Shown piece after piece: positions 50,690 through 64,000 of a DNA stretch of 64,000 bases. The notes under the pieces are model-generated. The model did no database searches. It was given only the letters and a program-made list of their open reading frames with translations, and had not been told where the DNA came from. The stretch lies in the NCBI GenBank assembly GCA_964016885.1, contig OZ024743.1:197222001-197286000 (forward strand). Direction: 5' to 3'. The DNA is from Eledone cirrhosa (taxonomy: Eukaryota). A program made the translations under genes and the position numbers. Each line of letters begins with the position of its first letter. The stretch's first letter is position 1.

Positions 50690-50970
50690 GGAAGGGGAAC
50701 AGAAGGAGGAACAGGACTTGGAGAGGATGAGGGTGAGAGTGTGAGGAGGGGAGCAGGAGAGTGTGAGGAGGGGAGGAGGAGAGTGTGAAGATGGGAGGAG
50801 GAGAGTGTGAGGAGGGAGAGGGGGAGAGTGTGAAGAGGGGAGAAGTGTGAAAGTGTGAGGGGGAGGAGAGTGTGAGAGGAGAGGAGGAGAGTGTGAGTAG
50901 GGGAGGAGGAGAGTGTGAGTAGGGGAGGAGGAGAGTGTGAGTAGGGGAGGAGGAGAGTGAGAGGAGGGGG
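50690..50970. repeat. Purine-rich ~22-bp minisatellite
   Basis: gagtgtgagtaggggaggagga units. Confidence 0.8.
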
Positions 50971-52149
50971 AAACAAATATGAAAACAAAAAATAAAATAA
51001 GACAAAAAAAAATGAAAAAAGAAAAAGAAAAACCATTGTAATAAGTCGGAGGTGAGAAGAAACAGAATAGAAGATGCAATGGGTGGGTGGAGTTGATATG
51101 GTCATGAGAAAAAGGGTGTTGGATGTCAAGTAAAAGTGTAAGTTATGGTAAAAAAAGATAAGTTTAGGGGTAGTGATCAAGAGCAGGAGATTAACATATA
51201 GAGGACCCCCAAAATATCTAAAGCCTGTAAGAGAATGTGGAGGCATATGGCCTAGTGGTAAGGGTGTTGGACTTATGATCATAATGTTGTAGGTTCAATA
51301 CCTGGACTGGATGTTGTGTGTTGTGTTCTTAATCAAAATACTTTATTTTATGTTGCTCCAGTATACTCGGCTAAAAATGAATACCAGCAATAGCTGGGGA
51401 TTTTGCCTTGGGATGGACTGACGTCCAGTCCAGGGGGTGCCTTGTACTCTCAGTTGTTTCATGCTACAAAACTGGGATAAACACCAGCCTAACAAGCCTT
51501 CTGGCTTGAGACAGACTTTAGACTGTGAGAGAATTTTTTTTTTTTTTTAGTGGGAAGCTAATTTAAGAATTCAGTGTGCAGGTTCAATTTCTGACATGGC
51601 AGCTATAAAAATTATGAATTTTTTTTTTCATCTGAAAGGCTTGGGGCTATAAACCTTTTGGATTTGTTCTCCACCCAACACCTTGTATATAGCATCCTTA
51701 AACTGGGAGAGCTTGGAATGGAACCCAAGTTTAAACACAATATTTGCTTATATTTCATAAACAAAATCAAAGACAGGATGTATAAGCAGCATGTGGTCAC
51801 CTGACCTATCGAGCCTCAAAACGTGAGAACCCGTCTAACCCATGCAACTATGGAAAATAGACATTAACCCTTTAGCATTTAAACCAGCCAGAATTCTCTC
51901 ACCTCTTTCTGTTCAAACCAGCTGTAATCGACCACTCATGCTTATGCTACCGTATTGTTCTCAAAATAAATAATATCAAAATCTCATAGATTCGATATTA
52001 TGTGAGATAAAGCTTTTAGCATGAAAATACAATAGTAAATAAAGAGTAATGTAAATGCTAAAGTGTTATGATGATGAGGATGATGAATATAGCTTATACA
52101 TAAACTCTGAAGGTAGGTGTATATCATTTTTTAAAACTAATTTTACATA

Positions 52150-52487
52150 CTTTCAGGTCTCAAATAATCGTCCCCCAAACCTTTATTAACTTTTCAGATT
52201 TTTCCAACCCCAACCCCTTACAATTATACCAACCCTACCAGTTATCAAATTTTGCTAGCGTATTCCAGGCGAAATTTCATTTTAAGTGATAACATTAAAC
52301 ATGACAAATAAAGAACATTACAAGAAATTTCATACATTATTAAATAAATAGGATGGGTTGAGGTACAATATGTAAACTAAGTGACACATTCTGGTTTTTA
52401 AAAAAATCAAGGGCGACAACCTAGAAAAATTATCAGCCCTCCCCCACTTTTTCCCATCACTTCCCTCTATTATTTAGGACATGAAAG
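52150..52487. mobile_element. MITE with ~19-bp imperfect TIRs and TA TSD (Tc1/mariner-like)
   Basis: TA|ctttcaggtctcaaataat ... attatttaggacatgaaag|TA. Confidence 0.6.
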
Positions 52488-54513
52488 TACACATACAGAT
52501 ACAGGTGATGATGCTGGTCAGTTAACACTCATATGGGTTTTTATGTGGTGAAATTAAGATTGTATGTAAAAGTAATGTTTTATATTTACTATGTCTGTAC
52601 CATAAAAAATGATGATCTATGTTTACAAAAAAGCATCCAGTGGTTTGTGGAATTTACCATTTATGGTGAGCCATGTCTTGAAAAGTACAAAGCAACATTA
52701 TAACTACCTCACATTAAAAATTAAAGTCGGCTCTAATACTGCAAATGTTCACAATGATCTGCCCACTAGGAAAAATACTATAAATATTTGAATTAACAAA
52801 GTTGTTTTTAAATGTATTCATGAGTTTTATATCAAATAATAATAATTGTTTCTACTTTTGGCACAAGGCCAGCAATTATCCAGTGCATTACTGGTACTTT
52901 ACTTAGGATGAAAGGCAAGCAAACAGCCTCATTACACTATGTTTTATAGATGACCATCGTCATACTTTTATTCTAGATCAAAAGAATCAATTATTATTAT
53001 TTGATATAAAACTTATGAACACATTTGCACTCTACTATGTTAGAGCAAAAAACCAAATTCTAATTTTGTTTCTAGATATTTTCTGTTAAAGGATATTAAG
53101 AGTTAAACTACAATATCAACAGTTCTCTCACAAGGGTATGATAAAATAAACTTGACCAAGGTACCATACAACGGGATCTAACTCAGAATTTTATAATTGC
53201 AAAGAAAATTTACAAACCATTTGACAATAACTTTCCACTGGTATCTATATGGAAGGAGATAATGTAGAATTAACTTTTAATGTCTTGTACTGTTTGAAAG
53301 AACATTAGAAAAATATTCTTGGAAAGTACAAAGCAGTACTTTGACAGCATCACATTAAAAATTGGCATCTTTACTTTAAGTTTGTTGCAAGTTTTCTTGA
53401 CCTGTCCACTAGTAAATATACTATAACACAATGAGTAGATAGATGATGTCCTGAGAAGAACCAGTCCAACCAGTGAGCCAGTGGTTAATGCTTTTCTTTA
53501 GTTCACCATTTTGTTTGACCAAAATCCCTACAAAGGACAACATAAGGTTGGGAAAAGACACAGATAGAAACATCACACAGGAAAGAAACACATTTGTCAA
53601 GGAATGAATAGAGTGAAATAATGTATAAGAAGGCAGGAACTTTTGATGGTGAAAGAGAGCCTAAATAAAATTGATATGACAGAAGACCAAGTGAAATATT
53701 CTCTCTTGTCATCAAGGAAGCAGCGGATAAGATAAAGAGATTGGTAAGAAAGATAAGCAGACATGGAAAATGGAAGATGTGGTGGGTATAGATAGAGAGA
53801 TGTAGGAAGGACTCTATTAGAAGGTAGGATGAATAATGGAGGAGAAATAATTAGATGTGGGAGGGGTAGAGATAGATAGATAGATCGACAGATGGAGAGA
53901 CAGACAAATGTATGGATAGATAGATGGATGGATGGACAGATGTCAGGATAGGTGGAGAAAAAGATAGGTAGATAGACAGATGGATAGATAGATAGATGGA
54001 TAGGCAGATAGATAAATGTCTTAGATAGATGGACAGAAAGGTAGATAGATGGATAGATAGATAGATAGATAAATAGATAGATCAGGTAGACTGATGGATA
54101 GATAGGCGGCTGGCTGGGTGGATGGGTAGATAGATAAATAGAAAGAAAAAGGCAGGGTATATAGCAGGAGATAAGATCTAAGCCAGAAAACAAGACAATC
54201 AAATCAAGATAAGGATGTAATGGATTGGGTGAGTAGGGGGGGGGGGGGAGAATGGAAAGGGAGGATTACATTAAAAGATAAGTAAATACCCAGAGATGTC
54301 AAGGAAAGGTTTGTCTGGAGACAAGTTATCATTCACATGCTTCAACTGATACACACACACACATATATATATAAATTTACACAAGCACACAATATATATA
54401 TATATATATGTACACACACACTATACATATTGTGTGTATGTCTGTGTATTTATAGCAACAAAAATGTGTGTCCGTCTGTGTGTATTTATAGATACATAAA
54501 CGTGTGTGTGCGG

Positions 54514-54558
<45 letters not shown>

Positions 54559-54704
54559 CATATATCAGTTGACTATAAAAATATAGGGAACATTTTTTGA
54601 AATGGGTGAATCCTAAAGCAAAAGACTATATCTATAGCTGATAACTATAAATAATAGTTGAGAAAATCAGGTACAGTATTCCTTGAGATGGGAAAACTGA
54701 ACAG

Positions 54705-54782
54705 ATGTATATGCAAGGAATCGAACACCACACTTCTTAGATGCTAGGTAAGTGCATTAAACACTATGCTGAAAAGCCACAT
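54705..54782 (-). mobile_element. tRNA-derived SINE head, degenerate
   Basis: Minus strand agcatagtgtttaatgcac...gtgttcgattcc. Confidence 0.5.
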
Positions 54783-56099
54783 ACCTGAATGTGTGAACAA
54801 ATCGACTGACTTGAAAAGCATAGGGAAAATTTGAAAATAAAATGGCTTTCCAGTGCGGAATGGAAGGAGGCTACAATTAAATCAGATGCTCAATACATCA
54901 GGTAAAGTGTCATCATCATCACCATCATCATTTAACTTCTACTTTTCCAGGCTAGCATGGGTTAGACAAGCTGTCCCGTTGTGATACAAGCCAGGTCAGA
55001 TAACCATGGCTTGCTCACACAGAACTGATTTGGGCTTGTTTTCTATGGCTGGATGCCCTTCCTAATGTCAACCACATTTTGTCGTACCACTTTACAGTGT
55101 AGGCTGGGCACTTTTTGCAGTGTCACTTACATGACCACTTTACAGTGTGGGCTGGGTGCTTTTTGTCGTGACACCTGCACAACCTAGAAATGGATTAGTG
55201 CTGTTTCATTCAGTTAAAATCACCAGGAAAGATTTCTTGATGATTTCAACTGAATGAAAAATGGTAGTGAGAATGAGAACAGGTTGGAAAAGGTTTGGGG
55301 AGCTACTATCTTTGTTAACAACAAAGGGATTTGCTTTCTTAGTGAAGGGTAGATTGTTTGATGCCTATGTGAGAAGTGTATGGTAGAGAAACATGGGCAT
55401 TAAATGTAGAGGATATGCAGCAGTTGGAGAGACATGAAGCAAGCATGCTCCATTGGATGTTAAATAAGACTTGATTCATTGAAACCTCTAGTCTTGAAAC
55501 ATGGCAACCCATCTACCCATGCCAGAAAGAAAAAAATGGATGTAAAATGATGATACAGATATAAGCATATTGATATGTGTAAATGAATACTTAACAGAGT
55601 ATTCTCTCTTTAGTGAGGGAATGTATGTGTCTACGTATATACATGTGTGTGTATATGTATATATGTGTGTGCATGCGTATGTATGTGTGTGCACATTACA
55701 TGGTAAGTTTATAAGGAATCTACCAGAACTCTGGTAGTGTCCAGTCAAGTGTCTGAGTGTGTGTGCATACAGTCTGTGAACATGCTTTATCAGCTGGTTT
55801 TACTAATACTGTAGAACAATTAAAAATAATGAAAGAGAAAGCTGGGGAGAGATGGAGAAAGAGGGTAGGACTGTGAAGAGATTCAGCATAGAGAAAGAAG
55901 AGAGAGATTAATTATTGATAACTTAATCTGATCCCTTTCTTCTATGTCTATTGCATTAGCACTGTCAACTAGATACCATTATCAACAACAATAATAATAA
56001 CATGAATAATAACAATAACAACATCACCAAAAATAATAATTAAAAATATAAACTATTACAATAATGATGACAATGTTGGTTGTTGTTGTGGTGGTGGTG

Positions 56100-56153
<54 letters not shown>

Positions 56154-56789
56154 TAGCAAGCATACAAATGGGAAGAAGTGTGTTTTATCGTCAAATGGAT
56201 GATTGTTGTGTCATAAGTTAATGAGTTAATGACAACCTAAGTGCTTCCTTCCTCTCATTAATGATAAAGAAATAAAACAGAAAATTAGCCATTTTCTAAG
56301 AAGTTAGTTTTCTTTTAAAACTATCATTTTTGGTTTCGTTAAAGAGGAAAATAACACATAAAATCAACTAATAAAACATATTTAAAAAAAATAAACAGAA
56401 TGCGAAATAGGTAGATAAAAAAAGTGACAGGGAAAAAAAAGGCAAAGAGAGCAAAATTAATTTAAATTAAAGAATTATGAAATATTGGTATAATAAATGC
56501 TAAAACAGAAAACAAAATATTATTTTTCTTTCATTTTTTTCTCATTTTTAAACATGTTAATAAAGAAACGACATGAAAATGTTTGTTAGTCTGCAAAGAA
56601 ATTATACACCATATATTAATTAATCTTTTAATGCAAACTGAAAATCAAACCATGTAATCAACTCCTATAACCTTCTAGTCCTAAAAAGATGGTGATTTAT
56701 AAATACATGTTTACATGAAAGTAAATTTATAACACAAACAGAATTCATGTATATATATATGTATGTGTGTATGTATGTGGGAGTGTCAC

Positions 56790-56952
56790 AGATTCAATTG
56801 GGGGTAACCACAGTAAGTAAGGTACTCAATACATTAGTAGAGTGTAAACATCAAATTTAATATTGAAATGGCTTCTACAGGACTAGAACTGTTTCATTTG
56901 CAAGAAATGATGATTTCTTTCGAATGAAACAGTTCTAGCCCTATAGAAGCCA
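56790..56952 (-). mobile_element. Fold-back Penelope-tail mini-element (second copy 57427-57590)
   Basis: ~85-nt hairpin centred on TGATGA-tttc..gaat-GAAAC; minus-strand tail ctctactaatgtattgagtac. Confidence 0.7.
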
Positions 56953-56954
56953 TC

Positions 56955-57352
56955 TTGCCAACAACAACCCTAAGAACCGTTTTGATTTCCCCGTGTCTAA
57001 CACAGGGCATGCCTACAAAGTCAGAAAACAGCGCAGTTCCCATGACTTTCGGAAACATTTTTTCACGTTCAGAGTTGCTGAAGCATGGAACTACCTGCAT
57101 CAGTTATTAGCTGCCGAGACACTGCATCAGTTGTTAGCTGTCGAGACACTGCATCCTTTAAAACCTCCATGCTTCCTGAAATTCACCAACACTACACCTG
57201 ATGTCCCCCCCTCCATACACACGCACACATGTATTTCATGACTCGTACACTGTTCATTTTCCTGACATTTGCACATTATTCTATGTACTATACATACACC
57301 ATTGATGAGTCGTAGTGCACCTGAGCACTGTACACAATAATTTCATTATTAT
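56955..57352 (+). mobile_element. CR1-group LINE 3' fragment
   Basis: GHAYKV...RKHFFTFRVAEAWNYL motif, short att tail. Confidence 0.7.
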
Positions 57353-58416
57353 ATATATATATATAACCCATGCTAGCATGGAAAATGGATGTTAAACGAT
57401 GATATATATGTGTGTGTGAGAGAATCACGAGTTCAATCGGGGGTAACCACAGTAAGGTACTCAATACATTAGTAGAGTGTAAACATCAAATTTAATATTT
57501 GAAATGTCTTCTACAAGACTAGAACTGTTTCATTTGCAAGAAATGATGATTTCTTTTGAATGAAACAGTTCTAGCCCTGTAGAAGCCATATATATGGTTC
57601 CTACATTATTATTAAATAGCTGTATGTTTTATGGTAAGAAACTGTTTGTTTTAAAGGATTTATATTTATCTACAAACTTCCATCGTAATTCTGTGAGAGC
57701 ATGCTCCAAACACAAGCTTAATAATTGTTTCTACTTATGGCACAAGGCCAGCAATTACCCAGTGCATTACTGGTACTTTATTTTATCGACCCCGTAAGGA
57801 TGAAAGGCAAAGACACAAGTCCAACAATTTGAGGAAGAGGAGAAAGTCAGTTACATTGACCCCATTTCATGACAGGTACTTTATTTTATCAGCCTTGAAA
57901 AAGTGAAAGGCAAGAATCTTTATGTTCCAAACACCAATTTATAATGAAAAACTTATTTTTGTAAAATTCAAAATGTTTGATTATTTTCAAAATTTGAAAA
58001 CCAAAGGCAATTTGTTTTTTGTTTTTTTTTAAATATGGCAATAAAATGGTTAAAATGGTCAAGGTAAAAACACTTCCTTAAGTTTTATACATTTACAAAA
58101 ATGCTGCACCAACATCTATACAAACACTTCCACCCCTCTCTCTCTCTCTCATACACACACACACATACTCACCTTCCCTCACACACATGCATATGTGCAC
58201 AAACAGACATTGAATACAAACACTTCCACCTCTCTACCTCACACACACTACCTAACACAAATAAACACACACACTCTTTCTTTGACACATACACACACTC
58301 TTTCTCTCACATACACACATATACACAAACACTTCCATCTCTCTCTTTCTCATATGCACACACACACTCTTTCTATTACATGCACACAAATACGTGCACA
58401 AACACTTCCATCTCTT

Positions 58417-58510
<94 letters not shown>

Positions 58511-58545
58511 TTATAAGAATCAAAGTTCTGATCAAATCATTTCTA

Positions 58546-58592
58546 TGCTTACAATTGTTTCCTCCAAACCAAGGTTGGGATTCTTCGGAGCA
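58546..58592 (-). ncRNA. Hammerhead variant (inverted copy)
   Basis: Reverse complement of 59186-59232. Confidence 0.7.
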
Positions 58593-59185
58593 ATTTATTA
58601 ATGGATGATCACATATATGACCTCCTTTTCAACCCAAGGGACATACAGATACATATGCTAACATTGTTGTTCGGCAGGTTGACAACCATTATAATATTTA
58701 GTGTGGCAGTATACATTTAAGGTTACATTCATATCCAAAGAGGATAAAATCAAAAATTAAGGTTAAAATACAACATGAAATTAATGCGATAGGGTAGTCA
58801 TAAGCAGTTATTGAGTGCAATAGTTACACGTGTGTCTTGTTTATATAATGTTATAGTGCAGTAGAGTGCCCGTTTAAGTGCTTCTATTGCATGTAACACT
58901 CTGCCGCACTATAACATTATATAAACAAGACACACGTGCGTGGCACACGTGTAACTATTGCACTCAATAACTGCTTATGACTACCCTATCGCATTAATTT
59001 CATGTTGTATTTTAACCTTAATTTTTGATTTTATCCTCTTTGGATATGAATGTAACCTTAAATGTATACTGCCACACTAAATATTATAATGGTTGTCAAC
59101 CTGCCGAACAACAATGTTAGCATATGTATCTGTATGTCCCTGGGGTTGAAAAGGAGGTCATATATGTGATCATCCATTAATAAAT

Positions 59186-59232
59186 TGCTCCGAAGAATCC
59201 CAACCTTGGTTTGGAGGAAACAATTGTAAGCA
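59186..59232 (+). ncRNA. Hammerhead variant with CCGAAGA core
   Basis: tgct-CCGAAGA-atcccaacc(tt)ggtttggag-GAAA-caattG-TA-agca. Confidence 0.72.
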
Positions 59233-59450
59233 TAGAAATAATTTGATCAGAACTTTGATTCTTATAACTTATATATAACTGCTCTGTAAAACATCTGATG
59301 TTAGTACATTGAGCTATTTAACTTACTGGTAATAAGGTAGTAATATATTACTGCCTATCACTATTTGGGGTTTGTAAAAAATATATATAACTACAAAAGG
59401 TTCTTGTATTTGCATAACCATAAATAGTTTCCTTAATACTATATATATAT

Positions 59451-60789
59451 CTTAAAATTAACCTGGCTAAGACTAAAGTTCTAGTTTGTAGGAAAGAAAA
59501 TAAGGCGCCGGTCCCTTCCGGGAAATGGCCATGCTCAGTGTGTAGGAAAGGCGTAGGTAGAAACTCCATTTTATGTCCCAAATGCAAAGTATGGGTGCAT
59601 AAAAGATGTAGTGGGATCACAGGTAAGCTAACTAAGAACATAGATTTTACATGTGGCCGGTGCTCTGGTGCAATAAGTAGCAGCAAGTGCCCACAAAATA
59701 CTAGCTCTTTCAATTGCGCAGAGGGTTCTATAGAAATAGTGGACAGCTTCCGTTACCTGGGCGACAAAATCAGCAGTGGGGGAGGGTGCTCTGAAAGTAC
59801 AGTAGCTAGAGTCAGAACTGGTTGGAAAAAGTTCAGAGAGCTTATACCACTATTAGCCGCTAAAGGGTTCTCCCTAAGAATGAAAGGCAGGTTGTATGAT
59901 GCCTGCATACGAACAGCAATGTTGCATGGCAGTGAGACCTGGGCATTGTGTGCAGAAGATATACGCAGACTAGAGAGGAACGAAGCTTGCATGCTCCGCT
60001 GGATGTGTAATAGTAACATATGTGAACGGCAAAGCATAAGCGAACTAAGGAAAAAATTAGAAATAAGAGGGATCAGATGTTGTTTACTCGAGAGAAGGCT
60101 ACGTTGGTATGGTCACGTGATGCGCATGAAAGACGACAGCTGTATAACAAAGTGCAGGGCAATAAAGATAGACGGTAGCTACGGAGTAGGCAGACGCAGA
60201 AAAACCTGGGACGAGCTGATAAATTCTGACCTCACACACACTTACACCTCTCCAAGACAATGTCACTGGACCGAGACCTTTGGCGGTACTCAGTAATAGA
60301 GAAGACCCGCCTTACCTAAATACAAAGTAAAACCTACTACAGCCAGTAGGCATCTCTAACAAAATACACCCCCGTCCCATCCACACCGCCCCTTCAATGT
60401 AAAGTTATGTTGGTGCCACAACATCCAGGCCGAAACAAATGAGATCGTGTAGACACAGTCCACGCTGTAATGTGGTCGTGTAGGCAACACGGTAAAAACC
60501 TCCCAGCCCCACACTGTAAATGTGGTTGGTGTTAGGAAGGGCATCCAGCTGTAGAAAACCTGCCAGACAGTCCACGCTGTAATGTGGCCGTGTAGGCAAC
60601 ACGGTAAAAACCTCCCAGCCCCACACTGTAAATGTGGTTGGTGTTAGGAAGGGCATCCAGTTGTAGAAAACCCGCCAGATAGTCCTATGCGAGCAAGACA
60701 AACACTCTTGCCTCAAGTGGGAAAACCCCCGTCCAAACCCATGCAAGCGTGGAACACGGACGTTAAACGTTGATGATGATGATGATGAT
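59451..60789 (+). mobile_element. RTE LINE copy 3, 5'-truncated, frameshifted
   Basis: PHD plus C-terminal region match copies 1 and 2; 112-bp duplication in the 3' UTR; (GAT)n tail. Confidence 0.93.
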
Positions 60790-61202
60790 ATATATGTGAC
60801 ATATATATATATATGTCATTTACATGCACACACAAACACACACTCTCTCTCACACACACACTCTCACATACACACACATGCACAAACATATTGAATACAA
60901 ACAAGAAGAATTGTTTTAACAGTTTTAACAGTTGGTTGCAATAAAAAGCTAGTTTTAGCGAAGATCACCTTACAGGACAGTGACAGAAGACAAGATTACA
61001 CACAGGTGAAATTACATTAAAATTATCAACAGCATTTAAATAGAAATTTTCAATAATAATAAAAAGGAAAATGCAAAAATTACCGAAACAAATGACTTCC
61101 TCACCCCCACACACATGCGTACACCCACTCCCTATCACTCACTCTCTATTTCTATCTCTCTTTTTCGCTATCTTTTTAAACACACACACAAACACTTCCA
61201 TT

Positions 61203-61238
<36 letters not shown>

Positions 61239-61316
61239 TATATGTCATTTACATGCGCACACGAACACTATTTTAATCTATTTCAATCTTTCTCTTTCAG
61301 ATATATACCTTTATGA

Positions 61317-61355
<39 letters not shown>

Positions 61356-62034
61356 CACACAGCTTTTTGTACTGTTTATTATAATAAATTACTGTATTTT
61401 GAGCTGTTTTAACTTCACCTACCTCCTTCCAATTTTTATATAATTTTTAGAAAAAACGATATTTTTTCATATCTCTCTATATATATATACATATATACAT
61501 ACACACACACACATATATATACATGTACAAATGCAGTGCAATACACATGAATGCACATACACATGTTCATTCAAAGACATACACATGTACATAGACATAC
61601 ACTGACTCAAATGCACAGACTCATTAAAAAACATGCATACTCACACATGTATTAATGTACATACATGCACACAGAGTCAAACATCTTCACACGCAAACAT
61701 TCATGCAACCATATGTACACATACATAAACATACACTTCCTGTACACATGTATGAATGCACAAGAATTCACTCGAATGCATGCACACACACATACACAAA
61801 AGTATAAAAGCACACGCTTAAATACATGCAGACACACAAACACACATAAAACACATACAGACGTATGAATTCACGCACATGTGCATGCGCACACAACACA
61901 CATGCACACACATACGTACACACAACACACATCCCTTCACACTTACACAAAAGTCCTTTCCATTACCCCCCCCCCCCCCACACACACACACTCAGAATTT
62001 TCCACTTTATCGTTTTACTGGAATCAAACCCAAC

Positions 62035-62723
62035 AACCACCACCACCATCACTACTGCCACCGCCACCATCACTACTGCCACCACTACCATCACTACTGC
62101 CACCACCACCATCACTACTGCCACCGCTACCATCACTACTGCCACCGCCATCACCACCATCACTACCACCGCCACCACCACCACCACCATCACCACCACC
62201 ACTACCGCCACCATCACCACCACCACCACCACCACCACCACCATCACTACTGCCACCACCACCATCACTACTGCCACCACCACCATCACTACAGCCACCA
62301 CCACCATCACTACTGCCACCACCACCATCACTACAGCCACCACCACCATCACTACCGCCATTGCTGCCACCACCACCATCACTACCGCTGCCACCACCAC
62401 TATCACTACCACTGCCACCACCACCACTATCACCGCCACCACCACCACCACTATCACCGCCACCGCCACCACCACCAATACCACTACTGCCACCACCACC
62501 ATCACTACCGCCACCACCACCATCACTACTGCCACCACCACCATCACTACCGCCACCACCACCACCATCACCACCGCCACCACCACCATCACTACCGCCA
62601 CCACCACCACCACCACCACTATCACTGCCACCGCCACCACCACCATCACTACTGCCACCACCACCATCACTACTGCCACCACCACCACCATCACTACCGC
62701 CACCGCCATCACCACCATCACTA
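62035..62723. repeat. (ACC)n-derived array with ~21-bp unit accaccaccatcactactgcc
   Basis: Directly visible; explains the poly-T/H/P pseudo-ORFs. Confidence 0.95.
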
Positions 62724-63087
62724 CACACATATATATATATATACATACACACATATATATATGAATGCACATGCACTCAGATGCATGCATACACTTACAC
62801 ACACACACATTCAAACTCATATATAAACACACACATAAATAAAGCTCTAAGTCAGAGTCTCAAAGTTGTAGGATTGAATCTGAGAGAATCGGTTTTTATC
62901 CATGGTTGTTCACGGGTGGGAACACCTAGAAATCTTCATATACTATGCACAAACGATTAAACGAAGAATCTGGTGTATTTGGAAGTTTTATGATTGTTTT
63001 TTTTATGTATCACACACACCACAGTCTCATACAATAAACCAAACAACACATCCAATACAATTGTTTTCTCTTCTACCCTTCTCTTAA

Positions 63088-63118
63088 CTGTTCACCCAGG
63101 TGATGCCGGGTACCTCAG

Positions 63119-63123
<5 letters not shown>
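63088..63123 (+). mobile_element. Probable Helitron 3' end, degenerate
   Basis: acccaggtgatgccgggt hairpin followed by acctcagctta. Confidence 0.4.
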
Positions 63124-63155
<32 letters not shown>

Positions 63156-63707
63156 AATGTGCGCGTCCTAACACAAATGACAATGAAAACAATATTTGTA
63201 GTAATTGACTTATTATTATGGTAGTGCATTAGTAGTATCGGCAGAGCTCAGGGCAACATAATTTGCCTTCGGATTTCAAATCCCTCAGTAATGCACTGGG
63301 TAATTGCTGGCCTTGTGCCTAAAGTAGAAACAATTATTACAGGGTGGATTGGCAGTATCGATTGAAGCATAGAGTTACGTCCCTTTACGGTCTGAGTTGA
63401 AATCCCGCCGAGGTTAACTTTGCCTTTCATCCTTACGGGGTGGATAAAATAAAGTACCAGTAATACACTGGGTATTTGCTGGCCTTGGGCCAAACGTAGA
63501 AACAACTATTACAGGGTCAATATAAGAGAGTACCAATAATGGAGCAGGGTCGATATGAAAGATTTTACCCTTCCCTTCAAATGACTGGCCTTGTCCTAAG
63601 TAGAAACAATTATTATGTCACTGGATGGACACATTCCAAATTTTTAATTTTCCAGTTGTTAACAGTTGTTTATATGTATATCAGTTTGAAACTAGTTAGA
63701 CCATCAC

Positions 63708-64000
63708 ACAACAGAGTACTCGATACTTGGTGTAGTAGAGTATGGTTATATTATAAAGAGTCAGGACCCGATCGCTGAGATCTTGCTGTTTCAACAGCAA
63801 GTTCCAGACATATATTATATAGAGTTGGGAGCCGACAGCTGAGCTCTTGCTGTTTCAACAGCTAGTTCCAGACTCAAGAGCTCAGTCATCATGTCCCGAC
63901 TCTTTATGATATATATATATATATATTAGAAAGAGCCGGAGCACCAACTCTTTCTAATATAGTCACACTCTGTTATCCCAAGTATTGAGTACTCTGTTTA
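63708..64000. mobile_element. Cluster of Penelope-tail fragments in both orientations
   Basis: Tail actct...caagtat(t/c)gagtactctgt on the minus strand at ~63711-63750 and plus strand at 63967-63997. Confidence 0.65.

Larger units (their letters stand above)
58502..59440 (+). mobile_element. Near-perfect ~780-bp palindrome (arms 58502-58868 / 58897-59278) plus 3' tail; Penelope-derived mini-element
   Basis: Arms differ by a few substitutions and a 13-bp insert; tail gctctg...acattgagcta; in (TA)n. Confidence 0.85.

Overview
AT-rich, microsatellite-dense metazoan DNA with no recognisable host gene. The repeat repertoire looks like a cephalopod (octopus-type) genome; this is inference from repeat style. 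Nearly all interpretable sequence is mobile DNA: three copies of one RTE-clade LINE (one intact, with a C4HC3 PHD finger inside the RT), three Penelope-like (GIY-YIG) fragments, a Buster-type hAT with TIRs/TSD, piggyBac- and mariner-type MITEs, non-autonomous Helitrons, tRNA-derived SINEs, and an 18-unit ~450-bp satellite ending at an assembly gap. The most notable hidden layer is a set of about 8 minimal type-I hammerhead ribozyme motifs, plus degenerate remnants. They sit in Penelope-derived, often fold-back, mini-elements inserted in (TA)n and sharing a 3' tail motif. They include non-canonical variants (A-G or U-U stem II closure, CCGAAGA core) and one with an 85-nt structured stem II insertion. 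Most ORFs in the supplied track are microsatellite or antisense artefacts.
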